Made by a program: the position numbers and the translations under genes. From the NCBI GenBank assembly GCA_964412625.1, contig CAYPPO010000002.1:9497-73496 (forward strand): a stretch of DNA of 64,000 bases, in the 5' to 3' direction. How positions within the stretch are numbered: position 1 is the first letter of the stretch; each line of letters opens with the position of its first letter. Origin of the DNA: an uncultured Candidatus Poseidoniales archaeon. GTDB lineage: Archaea; Thermoplasmatota; Poseidoniia; Poseidoniales; Poseidoniaceae. This document shows positions 50,215 to 59,921 of this stretch, piece by piece. Below the pieces are notes generated by a model that worked only from the letters and a program-made list of their open reading frames with translations, did no database searches and was not told the DNA's origin.

Positions 50215-51993
50215 ATGGTGAGTTCTTTGTCCAGAATTATAGGTCTGCTGCAAGTTGATTCAACCGTCGGTGATTTGGCTGGCAATGCTGCACGTATTGA
50301 ATCGCTAGCCGAAACGGCGAGACAAAACGGTGCTAAGTTAGCCATTGCAACAGAGTTAGCGATTTGTGGCTACCCGCCGCGCGACTTATTACTTCAACCG
50401 GATTTCATTAATTCATCATTCGCCTCAGCTAAATCACTGAGTGTCGATATACCAGTTCTTGTCGGTTCACCAATCCCTAGTGAGAATGAAAGAAATTTAC
50501 CGGCTAATGGCGTTGTTCGTTCGGGTTCACTCAACGCCTCACCCAATGGCGATAACACCAACCGTGTAGTGGCAAAAAAGCAGTTATTGCCATCATATGA
50601 TGTGTTTGACGAGACTAGATATTTTTCTCCAGCACACCGTTCGGGCATTTGTCGCTCAATAGGGGATTTAAATCTCGGAGTCACCGTATGTGAGGATGCT
50701 TGGCAAGCGGCAGGTCTTACTCCTTCATCTTACGGACAAGACCCGATTGACAGTTTGGCTGAGTGGGGACGTCAGGGTGTCAACCTTGATGCGACTGTGA
50801 ATCTCTCAGCATCCCCATATCACGCTGACAAAGTTAGTTCGCGGGTCAAAGTTTGTCGAACGGCAGCGCAAATTTTGCAACACCCATTTTTGCTCGCCAA
50901 TCAAGTTGGAGGCAACGATGATTTGTTGTTTGACGGCTGTTCTCTTGCCGCTTGGCCAGACGGAACCGTAGTAGTTGCACCGGCATGGCAAGAAGGTGTA
51001 TTGATAATCGATTTAGATCAGCCAGACAAGTCGAAATGGGTTGGCATGGATGCAGAAGATGCATTGGTTGTTGGCAATGATACAATGAAGATGTTGACAA
51101 ACAAAAATGATGGCCGTGAGAGTTTGGATGCACTGATTGAAGACATCACAGATGCAGTGATAACCGGATTGGCTGATTATTGTCGAAAATCAGGCATCAA
51201 ACAAATAGTTCTGGGATTATCTGGTGGTATTGATTCTGCGGTTGCAGCATGTGTTGCTTGTGCAGCGGTCGGTCCAAGCAATGTCATCGGTATTGCGATG
51301 CCCAGTCGGTTCTCTTCCCAACACTCCTTAACCGACGCAGAATATACTGCAAAAGCCCTTGGAATGGATTTTAAAGTTCAACCGATCGATGAGATGCATA
51401 GTTCTTTGGAGGGTCAAATCAACGATGTTTTGGAGGATGGTAATCCGGTAGCATCTGAAAATATTCAATCTCGTCTGCGTGGAATAATTGTTATGGCGCA
51501 TGCTAATGCACAATCTAGAATGGCCATTGCAACTGGTAATAAATCTGAGATTGCGCAAGGCTATTGCACACTTTATGGCGATATGGCAGGGGGTTATACT
51601 CCGCTTGGTGACTTATACAAAATGCAGGTTTACGCACTTGCTGAAATCTTTAATCAACGAGCAACCATTGCTGGCAAACAACCACCTGTGAACCAGTCAA
51701 CAATGACTAAACCACCATCTGCAGAGTTGGCCCCTGATCAAAAAGATGAGGATTCATTGCCACCATATCAGGTATTGGATGAAATCCTTCGTCTCCATAT
51801 TGAGCATACGATGGATGCTGATGATATTGTTGCAGCAGGTCACCCCCGCAATGTTGTTGTTGATGTACTGGCTAGGCTGGAGCGTAATGAACACAAACGG
51901 TGGCAAATGTCTCCTGCACCCAGGGTAACTAACAAAGCGTTTGGTCAAGGCTGGCGCAGACCATTAGCATCTAAACATGACTGGCGTGATTGA
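50215..51993 (+). CDS. nadE: Glutamine-dependent NAD+ synthetase
   Basis: Nitrilase triad (TELAICGYPP, KQLLP, VCED), GLSGGIDSA, ENIQSRLRG, TGNKSE, KPPSAEL. Confidence 0.95.
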   Translation: MVSSLSRIIGLLQVDSTVGDLAGNAARIESLAETARQNGAKLAIATELAICGYPPRDLLLQPDFINSSFASAKSLSVDIPVLVGSPIPSENERNLPANGVVRSGSLNASPNGDNTNRVVAKKQLLPSYDVFDETRYFSPAHRSGICRSIGDLNLGVTVCEDAWQAAGLTPSSYGQDPIDSLAEWGRQGVNLDATVNLSASPYHADKVSSRVKVCRTAAQILQHPFLLANQVGGNDDLLFDGCSLAAWPDGTVVVAPAWQEGVLIIDLDQPDKSKWVGMDAEDALVVGNDTMKMLTNKNDGRESLDALIEDITDAVITGLADYCRKSGIKQIVLGLSGGIDSAVAACVACAAVGPSNVIGIAMPSRFSSQHSLTDAEYTAKALGMDFKVQPIDEMHSSLEGQINDVLEDGNPVASENIQSRLRGIIVMAHANAQSRMAIATGNKSEIAQGYCTLYGDMAGGYTPLGDLYKMQVYALAEIFNQRATIAGKQPPVNQSTMTKPPSAELAPDQKDEDSLPPYQVLDEILRLHIEHTMDADDIVAAGHPRNVVVDVLARLERNEHKRWQMSPAPRVTNKAFGQGWRRPLASKHDWRD

Positions 51994-52032
51994 ATTCGAT
52001 GGTCATAAAAATCAACCACACTACCTCGCACC

Positions 52033-52857
52033 ATGTCGGGCACTGTGGTCAACATTGCCGGTTACCGTTTTGCTGACATGCCCGACCGCGATGAACTTCG
52101 CCAACCCTTCCGAGATTTGTGCCAAGAGTTAAGTCTCAAAGGAACAATTCTACTAGCGCATGAAGGAATCAATTTCTTCCTTGCAGGGAGTCAGACTTCG
52201 ATTGACTCTTTCATTGAATACCTCGAAGCGGATGCTAGATTTACCGACATACCGCTTAAGGTTTCATTTTCCGATTATCAGCCATTCCGTCGTATGAATG
52301 TCCGTCTAAAAAAGGAAATAATTTCATTAGGTCTAGACCATATCAAACCGGCTGAACTTACCGGGGAGGAAATCACCCCCACGGCGTTTAAACAACTACT
52401 GGATGCCGGAGAAGAGGTTATAGTTCTCGATACTCGCAATGAATATGAATGTCGCATAGGGACTTTTGAAAATGCCTTTGAGTTGAACATTCGGTCATTT
52501 AGAGACTTCCCCAAAGCTGTTAGTAAGATGGATGATGAACTCAAAGACAAGCCAGTTGTTATGTTTTGTACAGGCGGGATTCGTTGTGAGAAAGCCAGCG
52601 TTGTCATGATGGATGCAGGGTTTTCCAACGTCAAACAATTGAAAGGTGGAATCCTTGGTTATTTCGAGGAAGTTGGTGGAGATTATTGGAACGGTGATTG
52701 TTTTGTCTTTGATCGTCGTGTGGCAGTAAATCCTAAACTTGAGGAAACAGAAGTCGTCCAGTGTTATGCTTGTCGCGAACCTCTGTTACTTGAAGAGCAA
52801 AATACCGGTGAGTATGTAATCGCTCAATCCTGTCCCTACTGCTCAGATAAGAAATAG
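52033..52857 (+). CDS. trhO: Rhodanese-domain tRNA uridine(34) hydroxylase TrhO/YceA family
   Basis: LKGTILLAHEGIN, LDTRNEYE, MFCTGGIRCEKA, LKGGIL.Y, CFVFD.R. Confidence 0.88.
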   Translation: MSGTVVNIAGYRFADMPDRDELRQPFRDLCQELSLKGTILLAHEGINFFLAGSQTSIDSFIEYLEADARFTDIPLKVSFSDYQPFRRMNVRLKKEIISLGLDHIKPAELTGEEITPTAFKQLLDAGEEVIVLDTRNEYECRIGTFENAFELNIRSFRDFPKAVSKMDDELKDKPVVMFCTGGIRCEKASVVMMDAGFSNVKQLKGGILGYFEEVGGDYWNGDCFVFDRRVAVNPKLEETEVVQCYACREPLLLEEQNTGEYVIAQSCPYCSDKK

Positions 52858-52858
52858 G

Positions 52859-55078
52859 TCACCAAATCAACCATTCATCTTGCAATGTAAGCGGACTCCA
52901 AAGATGTAACTCCATCCCGGTAAGGCCATTATCGGCAACAAAAATAACCAATTCTGGGTTGCCCACTAGTGCGCCGTAATTACCGGAATCTGAATTATTT
53001 CCTACACCACTCCAGGGGTCATAAACCAATTCTGCTTCCAGCGTTAAAGTGCTAAAACTCCACAAACAATGCCCTGTGTCAAAACCATCAATTTCGCCGT
53101 CAGCAATGATTAGTAGATGGTCACCAATAGGCAGAATATTGCGGATTTCAGCTGATGCCATGCCCGGCTGGAATTCGTGGATTACTTTGGTTCCAGCCGT
53201 AGTTCCGTCACTCACACACAACTCCTCTGCTGTAGTTCCAGTTATACAATCAAACCACAATTTATTGTTGAGTAATACCGGAGATACTCGCTCACTTGGT
53301 GCAACAACTTGACTCGACAATTCAACTAGATTGCCATTTTGTAAATCATAACTCCATATTGTCGGATCCACCGCAGAAATTTGGGCGTCAAAAATTATCT
53401 TATTGTCCAATAGGTTCAATCCAAGGTTTTCCCCAACATTGGTCGGTGGGTTGCCATTGCTTTGTAACGCCATATTGGTAAGCCATGTGTGGCTGCCTGA
53501 GGAGTTTAATTCGACTAACTGTCTTCCATTGATACCATCATCTGCAACTGTAATTACGCGGCCACCAAACGCTAAAATCGACTTGGGACTACTATCTTCA
53601 AAGGTGTTTAAATCCCAGGAAATGAATTCACCCTCACTGCTCAGATAGTGCATTTCATAGCCAATATCATCATGAATTGCTGAGAGCCAGATGCCAAACT
53701 CATCGACGGCAAATGTCGTTTGTGTATGAGACGAGAACTTAGCCTGTACTGCGTCTAAGTGAAGTTGAGTGGGCAGCGCAAAGAAGGGAGCATCAAATAG
53801 ATTGTATACAGTCTGCCCATCTGTCCACATTAAATCAAAATTTGAATCAGAAAACACTAATCCATTCATCCATTTAATCGCTACCGATTCGGCAACAATA
53901 CCATCGCCACTGTATCCAGTAAGTTGTTGAGTGCCACTTGATGTCAAATTAGTTATCCACAATTCTCGACCATTAACCCCACTATCGGCGTCAAACAACC
54001 ATAATTCCTCGCCGTCGAGATATAAGGGAGTGAAGCCCAGGTATAACCCGGGGCTTGAATCGGCACTCCCCGGGTTTAGGTCAATTAGTTGTTGAGTTGA
54101 GGTCAAAGTCCCTTCACTAGTCCATAGTTCACAGCCCGTGGAACTATCGCTGCCAGCAGAGATTAGCATGTTATGTGTCGTTGACCAAACAAACTCCGAA
54201 CAAGAATTAGAAAGACCATTTGTAAAACCAACACTAAAATCTGAGATTGGACCAAAGTTCAACGGCTCGCTGCAAATTTTTAGTGACTCAACAATTTCAT
54301 CGTTATGCATTAAGCCATCATCGGCGATTCCTTCACCATGTCCATCATCAACCCCGAGGTTAATCACCACACCATTCGAACATAGGTATGATGGAGGTGC
54401 TAATCGCTCTACTAGTGCAGAGTGACCACTAGCTCCGCTGCTACCGTCTATTCCATCGAGCCCAACCAGGCCATTGCAAATAAAGTCAGCACTTTGTATC
54501 TCCTCTGAGTCTAAAGTTCCATTGTTGTTGAAATCTAGTCCTACCGCAATTAACATTCCACCGTAGGTACACGATTCATTACCTACTTCGACAATCGAAG
54601 TTTTGACCAGACTATCGATTCCAGGTGAACCATTTGGTCCGGTTGCGCCCTGAGGGCCCGACAGACCTTCTTTACCATGACATAACCTAGTAGTTGAGGT
54701 TACTTCTTCATCCTCTAGAATTCCGTTACGATTGTTATCATTGCCAATGAAAATATCGGCACCCCCCTCGGTACAGATATGATCTGCTTCACGCCCTGCG
54801 GTTCGCACCAACACTTCCGTACCATCGGCACCTGAATTTGCTGAGGAATCTAATGAATCAATAATGGTAAATGAATAAGCAGAAAGTAACAGCGCGATTA
54901 TTATTGATGCCGTTTGAACTACTAACACAGCCCGGCTTCTACCCTGATTCAATTCACCTTCTGCAACTTGGTTATCGGCTTCCTGACCATCAAGTGGTGG
55001 TACGGTCTTTAATGCTGGGTTATTGGCAGGTTCTCCTGCAATAGGACTATTCTCATTGACTTGAGACCTATTAGACAT
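52859..55078 (-). CDS. N-terminally anchored surface protein with Cys-bounded DxNxNG repeats, collagen-like spacers and ELWxxDGT repeats
   Basis: TM near aa 50-70; three C..GG...G.D.N.NG.L...E.....C units; GPQGATGPNGSPG; GCELWTSEGT, GRELWITNLT, EELCVSDGT, GMELHLW. Confidence 0.8.
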   Translation of the reverse strand: MSNRSQVNENSPIAGEPANNPALKTVPPLDGQEADNQVAEGELNQGRSRAVLVVQTASIIIALLLSAYSFTIIDSLDSSANSGADGTEVLVRTAGREADHICTEGGADIFIGNDNNRNGILEDEEVTSTTRLCHGKEGLSGPQGATGPNGSPGIDSLVKTSIVEVGNESCTYGGMLIAVGLDFNNNGTLDSEEIQSADFICNGLVGLDGIDGSSGASGHSALVERLAPPSYLCSNGVVINLGVDDGHGEGIADDGLMHNDEIVESLKICSEPLNFGPISDFSVGFTNGLSNSCSEFVWSTTHNMLISAGSDSSTGCELWTSEGTLTSTQQLIDLNPGSADSSPGLYLGFTPLYLDGEELWLFDADSGVNGRELWITNLTSSGTQQLTGYSGDGIVAESVAIKWMNGLVFSDSNFDLMWTDGQTVYNLFDAPFFALPTQLHLDAVQAKFSSHTQTTFAVDEFGIWLSAIHDDIGYEMHYLSSEGEFISWDLNTFEDSSPKSILAFGGRVITVADDGINGRQLVELNSSGSHTWLTNMALQSNGNPPTNVGENLGLNLLDNKIIFDAQISAVDPTIWSYDLQNGNLVELSSQVVAPSERVSPVLLNNKLWFDCITGTTAEELCVSDGTTAGTKVIHEFQPGMASAEIRNILPIGDHLLIIADGEIDGFDTGHCLWSFSTLTLEAELVYDPWSGVGNNSDSGNYGALVGNPELVIFVADNGLTGMELHLWSPLTLQDEWLIW

Positions 55079-55183
55079 GGTGGTACCTCTAAACCTCAAA
55101 GATATCAAAACTTCCGGTTTAATCAACAGGTAATCAATCTGTTAAGCGTTTACTTCATGAAATAGTTAGTACGCCCGAGTATC

Positions 55184-56956
55184 ATGGACTTACCCGGTCG
55201 GCTGGCTGCGCAACTTGCAGGCAAAGAGGGTAAGACGCGACAAAAAGCCGCTCGTTTAGTGGTAGATTTGGCCGAAATTGCTAATGCTGAGGGATTTATT
55301 GAGGTTGATAATTCACACGTTTCAGGAGTTTCTGTGATTACCGGTGGACATGGCTTGCTTCGATTTCTTGCGGATTTGTCAAATGATGAGGATGGTCAAG
55401 TTGCGATCACAACCACGCTCAATTCTGCTGGTTGCGACAAGGAGAGAATGCAAGAGATGGATATTGATTGGCCGGACTTTTTAGAGCAACAATTTGAGAT
55501 CATCCACGCTTATGAGCGCTTAGGAATTGAGGCGACACTGTCCTGCACCCCTTATGACCGGGGAATAGAAATTGAGTCTGGAATTGCTTCTTGGGCAGAA
55601 TCAAATGCCGTTTGCTTTTCCAATTCTTGGACCTCACTAATCACCAACCGTGAGTCAGGATTATCGGCTTTGGCAACCGCATTAACCGGTTATGCACCAA
55701 AGTGGGGCTTACATTTGCCCGGCAATAGGATGCCAAATATTTTGGTCAACATTTCGTGTCAACTGTCGGAACTCGCTGATTGGTCGATTCTTGGAGACTG
55801 GATTGGTAAACAGGTAAGACCAGATTGGGATTTAGCTTGGGGTCCAATGCCATTCATCCGCGGCATGCCAGACCATGTTTCGTTTGCCAGCAAAAAAGCA
55901 CTGACTGCTGCTGCAGCAAATTATGGCTGTCCAATGTTGTGGGCAGAAGGCCACAGCGCCCCACCACCGCTGAGTAAGGATGGCGAGGGTAATTGGCTTG
56001 AACCAGAATCAGGTTGGGCTGGAGTACTAGAATTTACTGCGGAAGATTTAGCACAACGGTACGAAGATTTAGCACCACAAGGCCAGGTTGATTTGGTCGT
56101 AATCGGTTGTCCTCAGGCGAGTATTGAGGAAATCAGACGTACTGCGTCAGCAGTTCGCTCATATGCAGAAATGGGGGCGAAGATTCCCGATAACAGGCTT
56201 TGGTTATTCACCAGTGGTGAAAATTATCAACTAGCCGCTGAAGATGGCAGCATCGACTTGTTGGAGAATGCAGGCGTGGTAATTCTGCAAGACACGTGTC
56301 CCGAGGTCACGCCCTATAATCGTCAACACTACAATCACTTGCTAACCAATTCATTGAAAGCGGAACATTACTTGACCAGTGGTCTAAACAGGATTCCCAC
56401 CAGCGTCATGACCATACAAGATTGTGTCGCACACGCCTTTGATCCTGATTTATCGGCTGGCGAGAGACCAACGATTTCTGCCAAGGCCCAGCCTCAACAT
56501 CAATCGTCAAAGACCCATCAGCACGGTGAATACACTTCAACTGGTAATGGGCTCTCATCGCAAGGTGATTTCACCATAACCGGTAAAGCAATGTCAACCG
56601 ATGTTGCAATAACCTATCTTGGCTATGTCAATCGTGATAGTGGAGTTATCGAGGAATTCGGCCATCCACTTGATGGGCAAGCCATCGAGGATACCATTCT
56701 AATTTATCCAAAAGGTTCCGGTTCGACCGTTGCACCCTATGTGTTGATGGGTCTGATATACACCGGCAAAGGGCCAAAGGGAATTGTCAATCGTGATGTC
56801 TGCTCTTTGACCATCCCAGCATGCTCTTTACTCAATCTGCCATACGGACACGGCTTTGAGTCAGATCCATGTTTGAAAGTGAACACAGGTGATTTAGTAG
56901 AAATGCGCAAGGTTGGTGATAAAGTGACTTTGACTGTACTCCAGCGAGCCGATTGA
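55184..56956 (+). CDS. Aconitase X with fused catalytic (DUF521) and swiveling (DUF126) domains; candidate phosphomevalonate dehydratase
   Basis: HVSGVS, SCTPY, WAESNA, TNRE, IGCP, DTC, TNS.KA..Y; C-terminal YLG.V....G.I....HPL.G...PKGSGSTV. Confidence 0.85.
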   Translation: MDLPGRLAAQLAGKEGKTRQKAARLVVDLAEIANAEGFIEVDNSHVSGVSVITGGHGLLRFLADLSNDEDGQVAITTTLNSAGCDKERMQEMDIDWPDFLEQQFEIIHAYERLGIEATLSCTPYDRGIEIESGIASWAESNAVCFSNSWTSLITNRESGLSALATALTGYAPKWGLHLPGNRMPNILVNISCQLSELADWSILGDWIGKQVRPDWDLAWGPMPFIRGMPDHVSFASKKALTAAAANYGCPMLWAEGHSAPPPLSKDGEGNWLEPESGWAGVLEFTAEDLAQRYEDLAPQGQVDLVVIGCPQASIEEIRRTASAVRSYAEMGAKIPDNRLWLFTSGENYQLAAEDGSIDLLENAGVVILQDTCPEVTPYNRQHYNHLLTNSLKAEHYLTSGLNRIPTSVMTIQDCVAHAFDPDLSAGERPTISAKAQPQHQSSKTHQHGEYTSTGNGLSSQGDFTITGKAMSTDVAITYLGYVNRDSGVIEEFGHPLDGQAIEDTILIYPKGSGSTVAPYVLMGLIYTGKGPKGIVNRDVCSLTIPACSLLNLPYGHGFESDPCLKVNTGDLVEMRKVGDKVTLTVLQRAD

Positions 56957-56957
56957 T

Positions 56958-57917
56958 ATGTCCGGCAAGCGAATATTGGTGACAGGTGGGGCCGGATTTA
57001 TTGGTTCATCACTCTGTGAGAGATTGGTCGCAATGGGCCATAACGTGGTTGCGTTAGATTCAATGTTTCGCGGTAACGAGGAGAATCTCGAGACTATCAC
57101 AGCCGACGATAATTTTGCCTTGTACGCTGGCGATGTTAGGGATATTGATGATTTAGACGCCTGTGTTGAAGCGTTAGGTGGCATCGATTTGATTTACCAC
57201 CTTGCGGCGATAAACGGCACAAAGTGGTTCCACGAAGCAGCTCATTCGGTGATAGACGTCAACATTAACGGAACATTGCGAACATTAGAACTAGCCATGG
57301 CTCACGATGCAAAATATGTCTTTGCGTCTTCTCCCGAAGCATTTGGAGAGCCTTTGTCACAACCCTTAACCGATGGTGATTCGATGGTCTTCACCGATCC
57401 TAAACAGCATCAAAGGCATTCATATGGCGGTAGTAAATATTTGGGAGAAGTCGCTTGCCAACATGCAGCAAGAGACGGACTAGATGTGCAAATTGTCCGG
57501 CCGTTCAACGCCTATGGGCCGCGATTGAAAGGCGATAACTACGGGCAAGTAATTAGTATGTTCTTTCATCAATTATTAGAATCAAGAGTACTCAACGTCC
57601 ATGGTGATGGAAGCCAAACACGTAGTTTCACCTGGATTGATGATGTTGTTGATGGATTTGTTAAAGTAGGCATGCAGGATTTACCAACAGGCGCAGCATA
57701 CAACTTAGGGTCTATCGAGGAAGTATCAATAATAGATTTAGCAACTAGAATTGCTAACTTCGGCGATGATGTTACAATTTCGTTTAGCGAAGGTTATTTT
57801 GGCGATGTAAAGCGAAGGGTACCAAATATTACTCGAAGCAAGGAATTGCTTAACTGGCAACCGAATGTTTCGTTGGAAGAGGGTTTGAAATTGATGTGGC
57901 AGTCATTCAATCCTTAG
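56958..57917 (+). CDS. NAD-dependent nucleotide-sugar epimerase/dehydratase (extended SDR)
   Basis: VTGGAGFIGS, YHLAA, YGGSK, RPFNAYGP, GDGSQTRSF. Confidence 0.92.
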   Translation: MSGKRILVTGGAGFIGSSLCERLVAMGHNVVALDSMFRGNEENLETITADDNFALYAGDVRDIDDLDACVEALGGIDLIYHLAAINGTKWFHEAAHSVIDVNINGTLRTLELAMAHDAKYVFASSPEAFGEPLSQPLTDGDSMVFTDPKQHQRHSYGGSKYLGEVACQHAARDGLDVQIVRPFNAYGPRLKGDNYGQVISMFFHQLLESRVLNVHGDGSQTRSFTWIDDVVDGFVKVGMQDLPTGAAYNLGSIEEVSIIDLATRIANFGDDVTISFSEGYFGDVKRRVPNITRSKELLNWQPNVSLEEGLKLMWQSFNP

Positions 57918-58719
57918 GTCCGTAGTGCTTGTCGACTTTTTTTGACCAACCGTCCGGAGCGGCCATTATGTTGTCCATCCCATGTTGAGTCAAGACATCA
58001 AGCCCAGTCTTGGGTATGTTATCGCTGGAAGACCATACATGTGTTACTTTCATCACAGCTAGCCTCGCAACGGCATCTGGTAATTCCTTTTCTTCAACAA
58101 ATTCGACCTCAATGGCTGCAACAGCCTGTTTGATTAACAACTCGTTTTCATCATGTGGTGTGATATCAATCAAATCCCACTCACTTTCCTCAGGAAGAAT
58201 CGGACTTCCTGCCATGTCAATCCAATCGACTGCCTTTAGAGTGCTGGGCATCACATGGAGGATTGCCTTGCCGGTTTGTCGCATATTGACTAAAGTGCCG
58301 CGATATTCCTTTCGCTTATTTTTACTAAACGAGGCAATGAACAGCGGTGGAGTATTTGAAACGCCCATCACAGAGCTTAACGGTGCCAAATTTTTGACCC
58401 CATTTTCGTCAATGGTCGATGCTAAAATCAGTGGTCGGGGCGATACTATGCCGGCAAGCCAAGCAGAGCGTTGTTGGTGACTCATGTCCATGATATCGAT
58501 GCGTTTTGGTTCACTCAAATCTGTGCGAACCTCCCGCGTGAACCATGCATCTAATTTCCCGGTGTGGATTTCGTCTATGGAGTGCTGGGTGAATTCAATG
58601 TAGGTTTCCCATGCTGGGATTAACTCATGCTCGCCCCGTTGGCGTTTACGCTCGATTGAGGCATTTGCATATTCGATACACTTAGTGAGGAAGTCAGCAA
58701 CTACCGCCTTTCTATCCAT
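57907..58719 (-). CDS. Flavin reductase-like protein with extra N-terminal helical domain
   Basis: VSPRP...ST....G..NLAP.S, PPLF, TLVN; SD GGAGGTGA upstream. Confidence 0.78.
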   Translation of the reverse strand: MDRKAVVADFLTKCIEYANASIERKRQRGEHELIPAWETYIEFTQHSIDEIHTGKLDAWFTREVRTDLSEPKRIDIMDMSHQQRSAWLAGIVSPRPLILASTIDENGVKNLAPLSSVMGVSNTPPLFIASFSKNKRKEYRGTLVNMRQTGKAILHVMPSTLKAVDWIDMAGSPILPEESEWDLIDITPHDENELLIKQAVAAIEVEFVEEKELPDAVARLAVMKVTHVWSSSDNIPKTGLDVLTQHGMDNIMAAPDGWSKKVDKHYGPKD

Positions 58720-58747
58720 TCATTCACCTCCAACATGTCCGAATTAA

Positions 58748-59218
58748 TTAGCGCTTGGCTTCATATTCCTCTCTGGTCATTAGATACTTTGCTGGATTTC
58801 CCGACCATACCTCGTTGTCAGGTAAGGATTTTGTCAAGACGGCTCCAGCAGCCAATACGGCATTTGTCCCGACATTGCAGCCAGGTACAATGGTAGAACC
58901 TCCGCCAATAACTGCCCCGTTATTGACGGTAATTGGCTGCCACAGCTTCTTATTGCCGGATGGTGGGTAGCGATCGTTTAGCAAAGTGGCGTTTGGTCCA
59001 ATAAATACATCATTGCCCAATGTGCACATGTCGGCGATGTATGCGCTACCTTGAATCCGGCATCGATCCCCCATCCTAACATCTCTGCCGATGTGGGCCA
59101 GCGCGCCTATGGAACATTCACTGCCGTTAATCAGGCCGGTACCAATTTTACATGGTGCCCAAGCAACGCTGTTGTTTGGTAACTCAATACGCTCGTTTGA
59201 ATTCGGGGGACTAGTCAA
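58748..59218 (-). CDS. Hexapeptide-repeat sugar N-acetyltransferase (WbpD/WxcM-like)
   Basis: DVFIGPNA..LNDRYP, GAVIGGGSTIVPG, AGAVLTK, GNPAK; TTG start with SD GAGGAG. Confidence 0.85.
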   Translation of the reverse strand: MTSPPNSNERIELPNNSVAWAPCKIGTGLINGSECSIGALAHIGRDVRMGDRCRIQGSAYIADMCTLGNDVFIGPNATLLNDRYPPSGNKKLWQPITVNNGAVIGGGSTIVPGCNVGTNAVLAAGAVLTKSLPDNEVWSGNPAKYLMTREEYEAKR

Positions 59219-59230
59219 GTAAACTCCTCA

Positions 59231-59710
59231 CTAGATGCCTAAATCATGCATTACTTTCTCAACGTGGCCTTTGGTTCTAACACCATATCCTACCCATTTT
59301 AGTAATCCATCATCACCGATGACAAAGGTAGATCTCGATGTACCCATGTAGGTTTTCCCGTACATGCTCTTTTCTCGCCATGTGCCGTATGCCTCGTGTA
59401 GTGATATGTCTTCGTCCATCAAGAGCGGAAAATTAAGCTCCTGTTTGGCAATGAACTTATCATGGGATTTTGCCGAATCTTTTGACACTCCCAGGACAAC
59501 ATAGTTTTCTTTGTTGAGTCGAGCCATTGAGTCTCTAAAGTCACAAGCTTGAGTGGTGCAGCCGGGGGTTGAATCCTTAGGATAGAAGTACAAAACAACG
59601 GATTTTCCCTCGCTTGTGTACGCATCAAGCGAGTGTTCTTTACCGGTGGAATCCACGCAAGAAAATTTTGGTGCGGTCTGGCCTACTTCGAGATTTACTG
59701 AACTGCTCAT
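59231..59710 (-). CDS. bcp: Peroxiredoxin Bcp
   Basis: VLYFYPKDSTPGCTTQACDFRD and RSTFVI. Confidence 0.95.
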   Translation of the reverse strand: MSSSVNLEVGQTAPKFSCVDSTGKEHSLDAYTSEGKSVVLYFYPKDSTPGCTTQACDFRDSMARLNKENYVVLGVSKDSAKSHDKFIAKQELNFPLLMDEDISLHEAYGTWREKSMYGKTYMGTSRSTFVIGDDGLLKWVGYGVRTKGHVEKVMHDLGI

Positions 59711-59763
59711 GATGTATTGGTTGTGGACATTACTGATGAATTATTGCTTTTTTGCGTAATCGA

Positions 59764-59860
59764 TGAAATGTCGCCAAATTTCACTAGAATAATTGTAAAT
59801 TTGCTCCCAAATCAGTGATACATTGCCCTTTTATTCATAATGAATGGATATTTATTCATT
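59764..59860. promoter_or_regulatory. Cluster of inverted repeats in the divergent bcp / surface-protein intergenic region
   Basis: TGAAAT-N8-ATTTCA (59764-59783), ATTCAT-A-ATGAAT (59833-59845), AATGAAT-N8-ATTCATT (59839-59860). Confidence 0.45.
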
Positions 59861-59921
59861 TTGATTAAACACCTACATGCCGACCGATTCTTTGAATAAC
59901 TGCCTTGTACAACCGTAAGTT

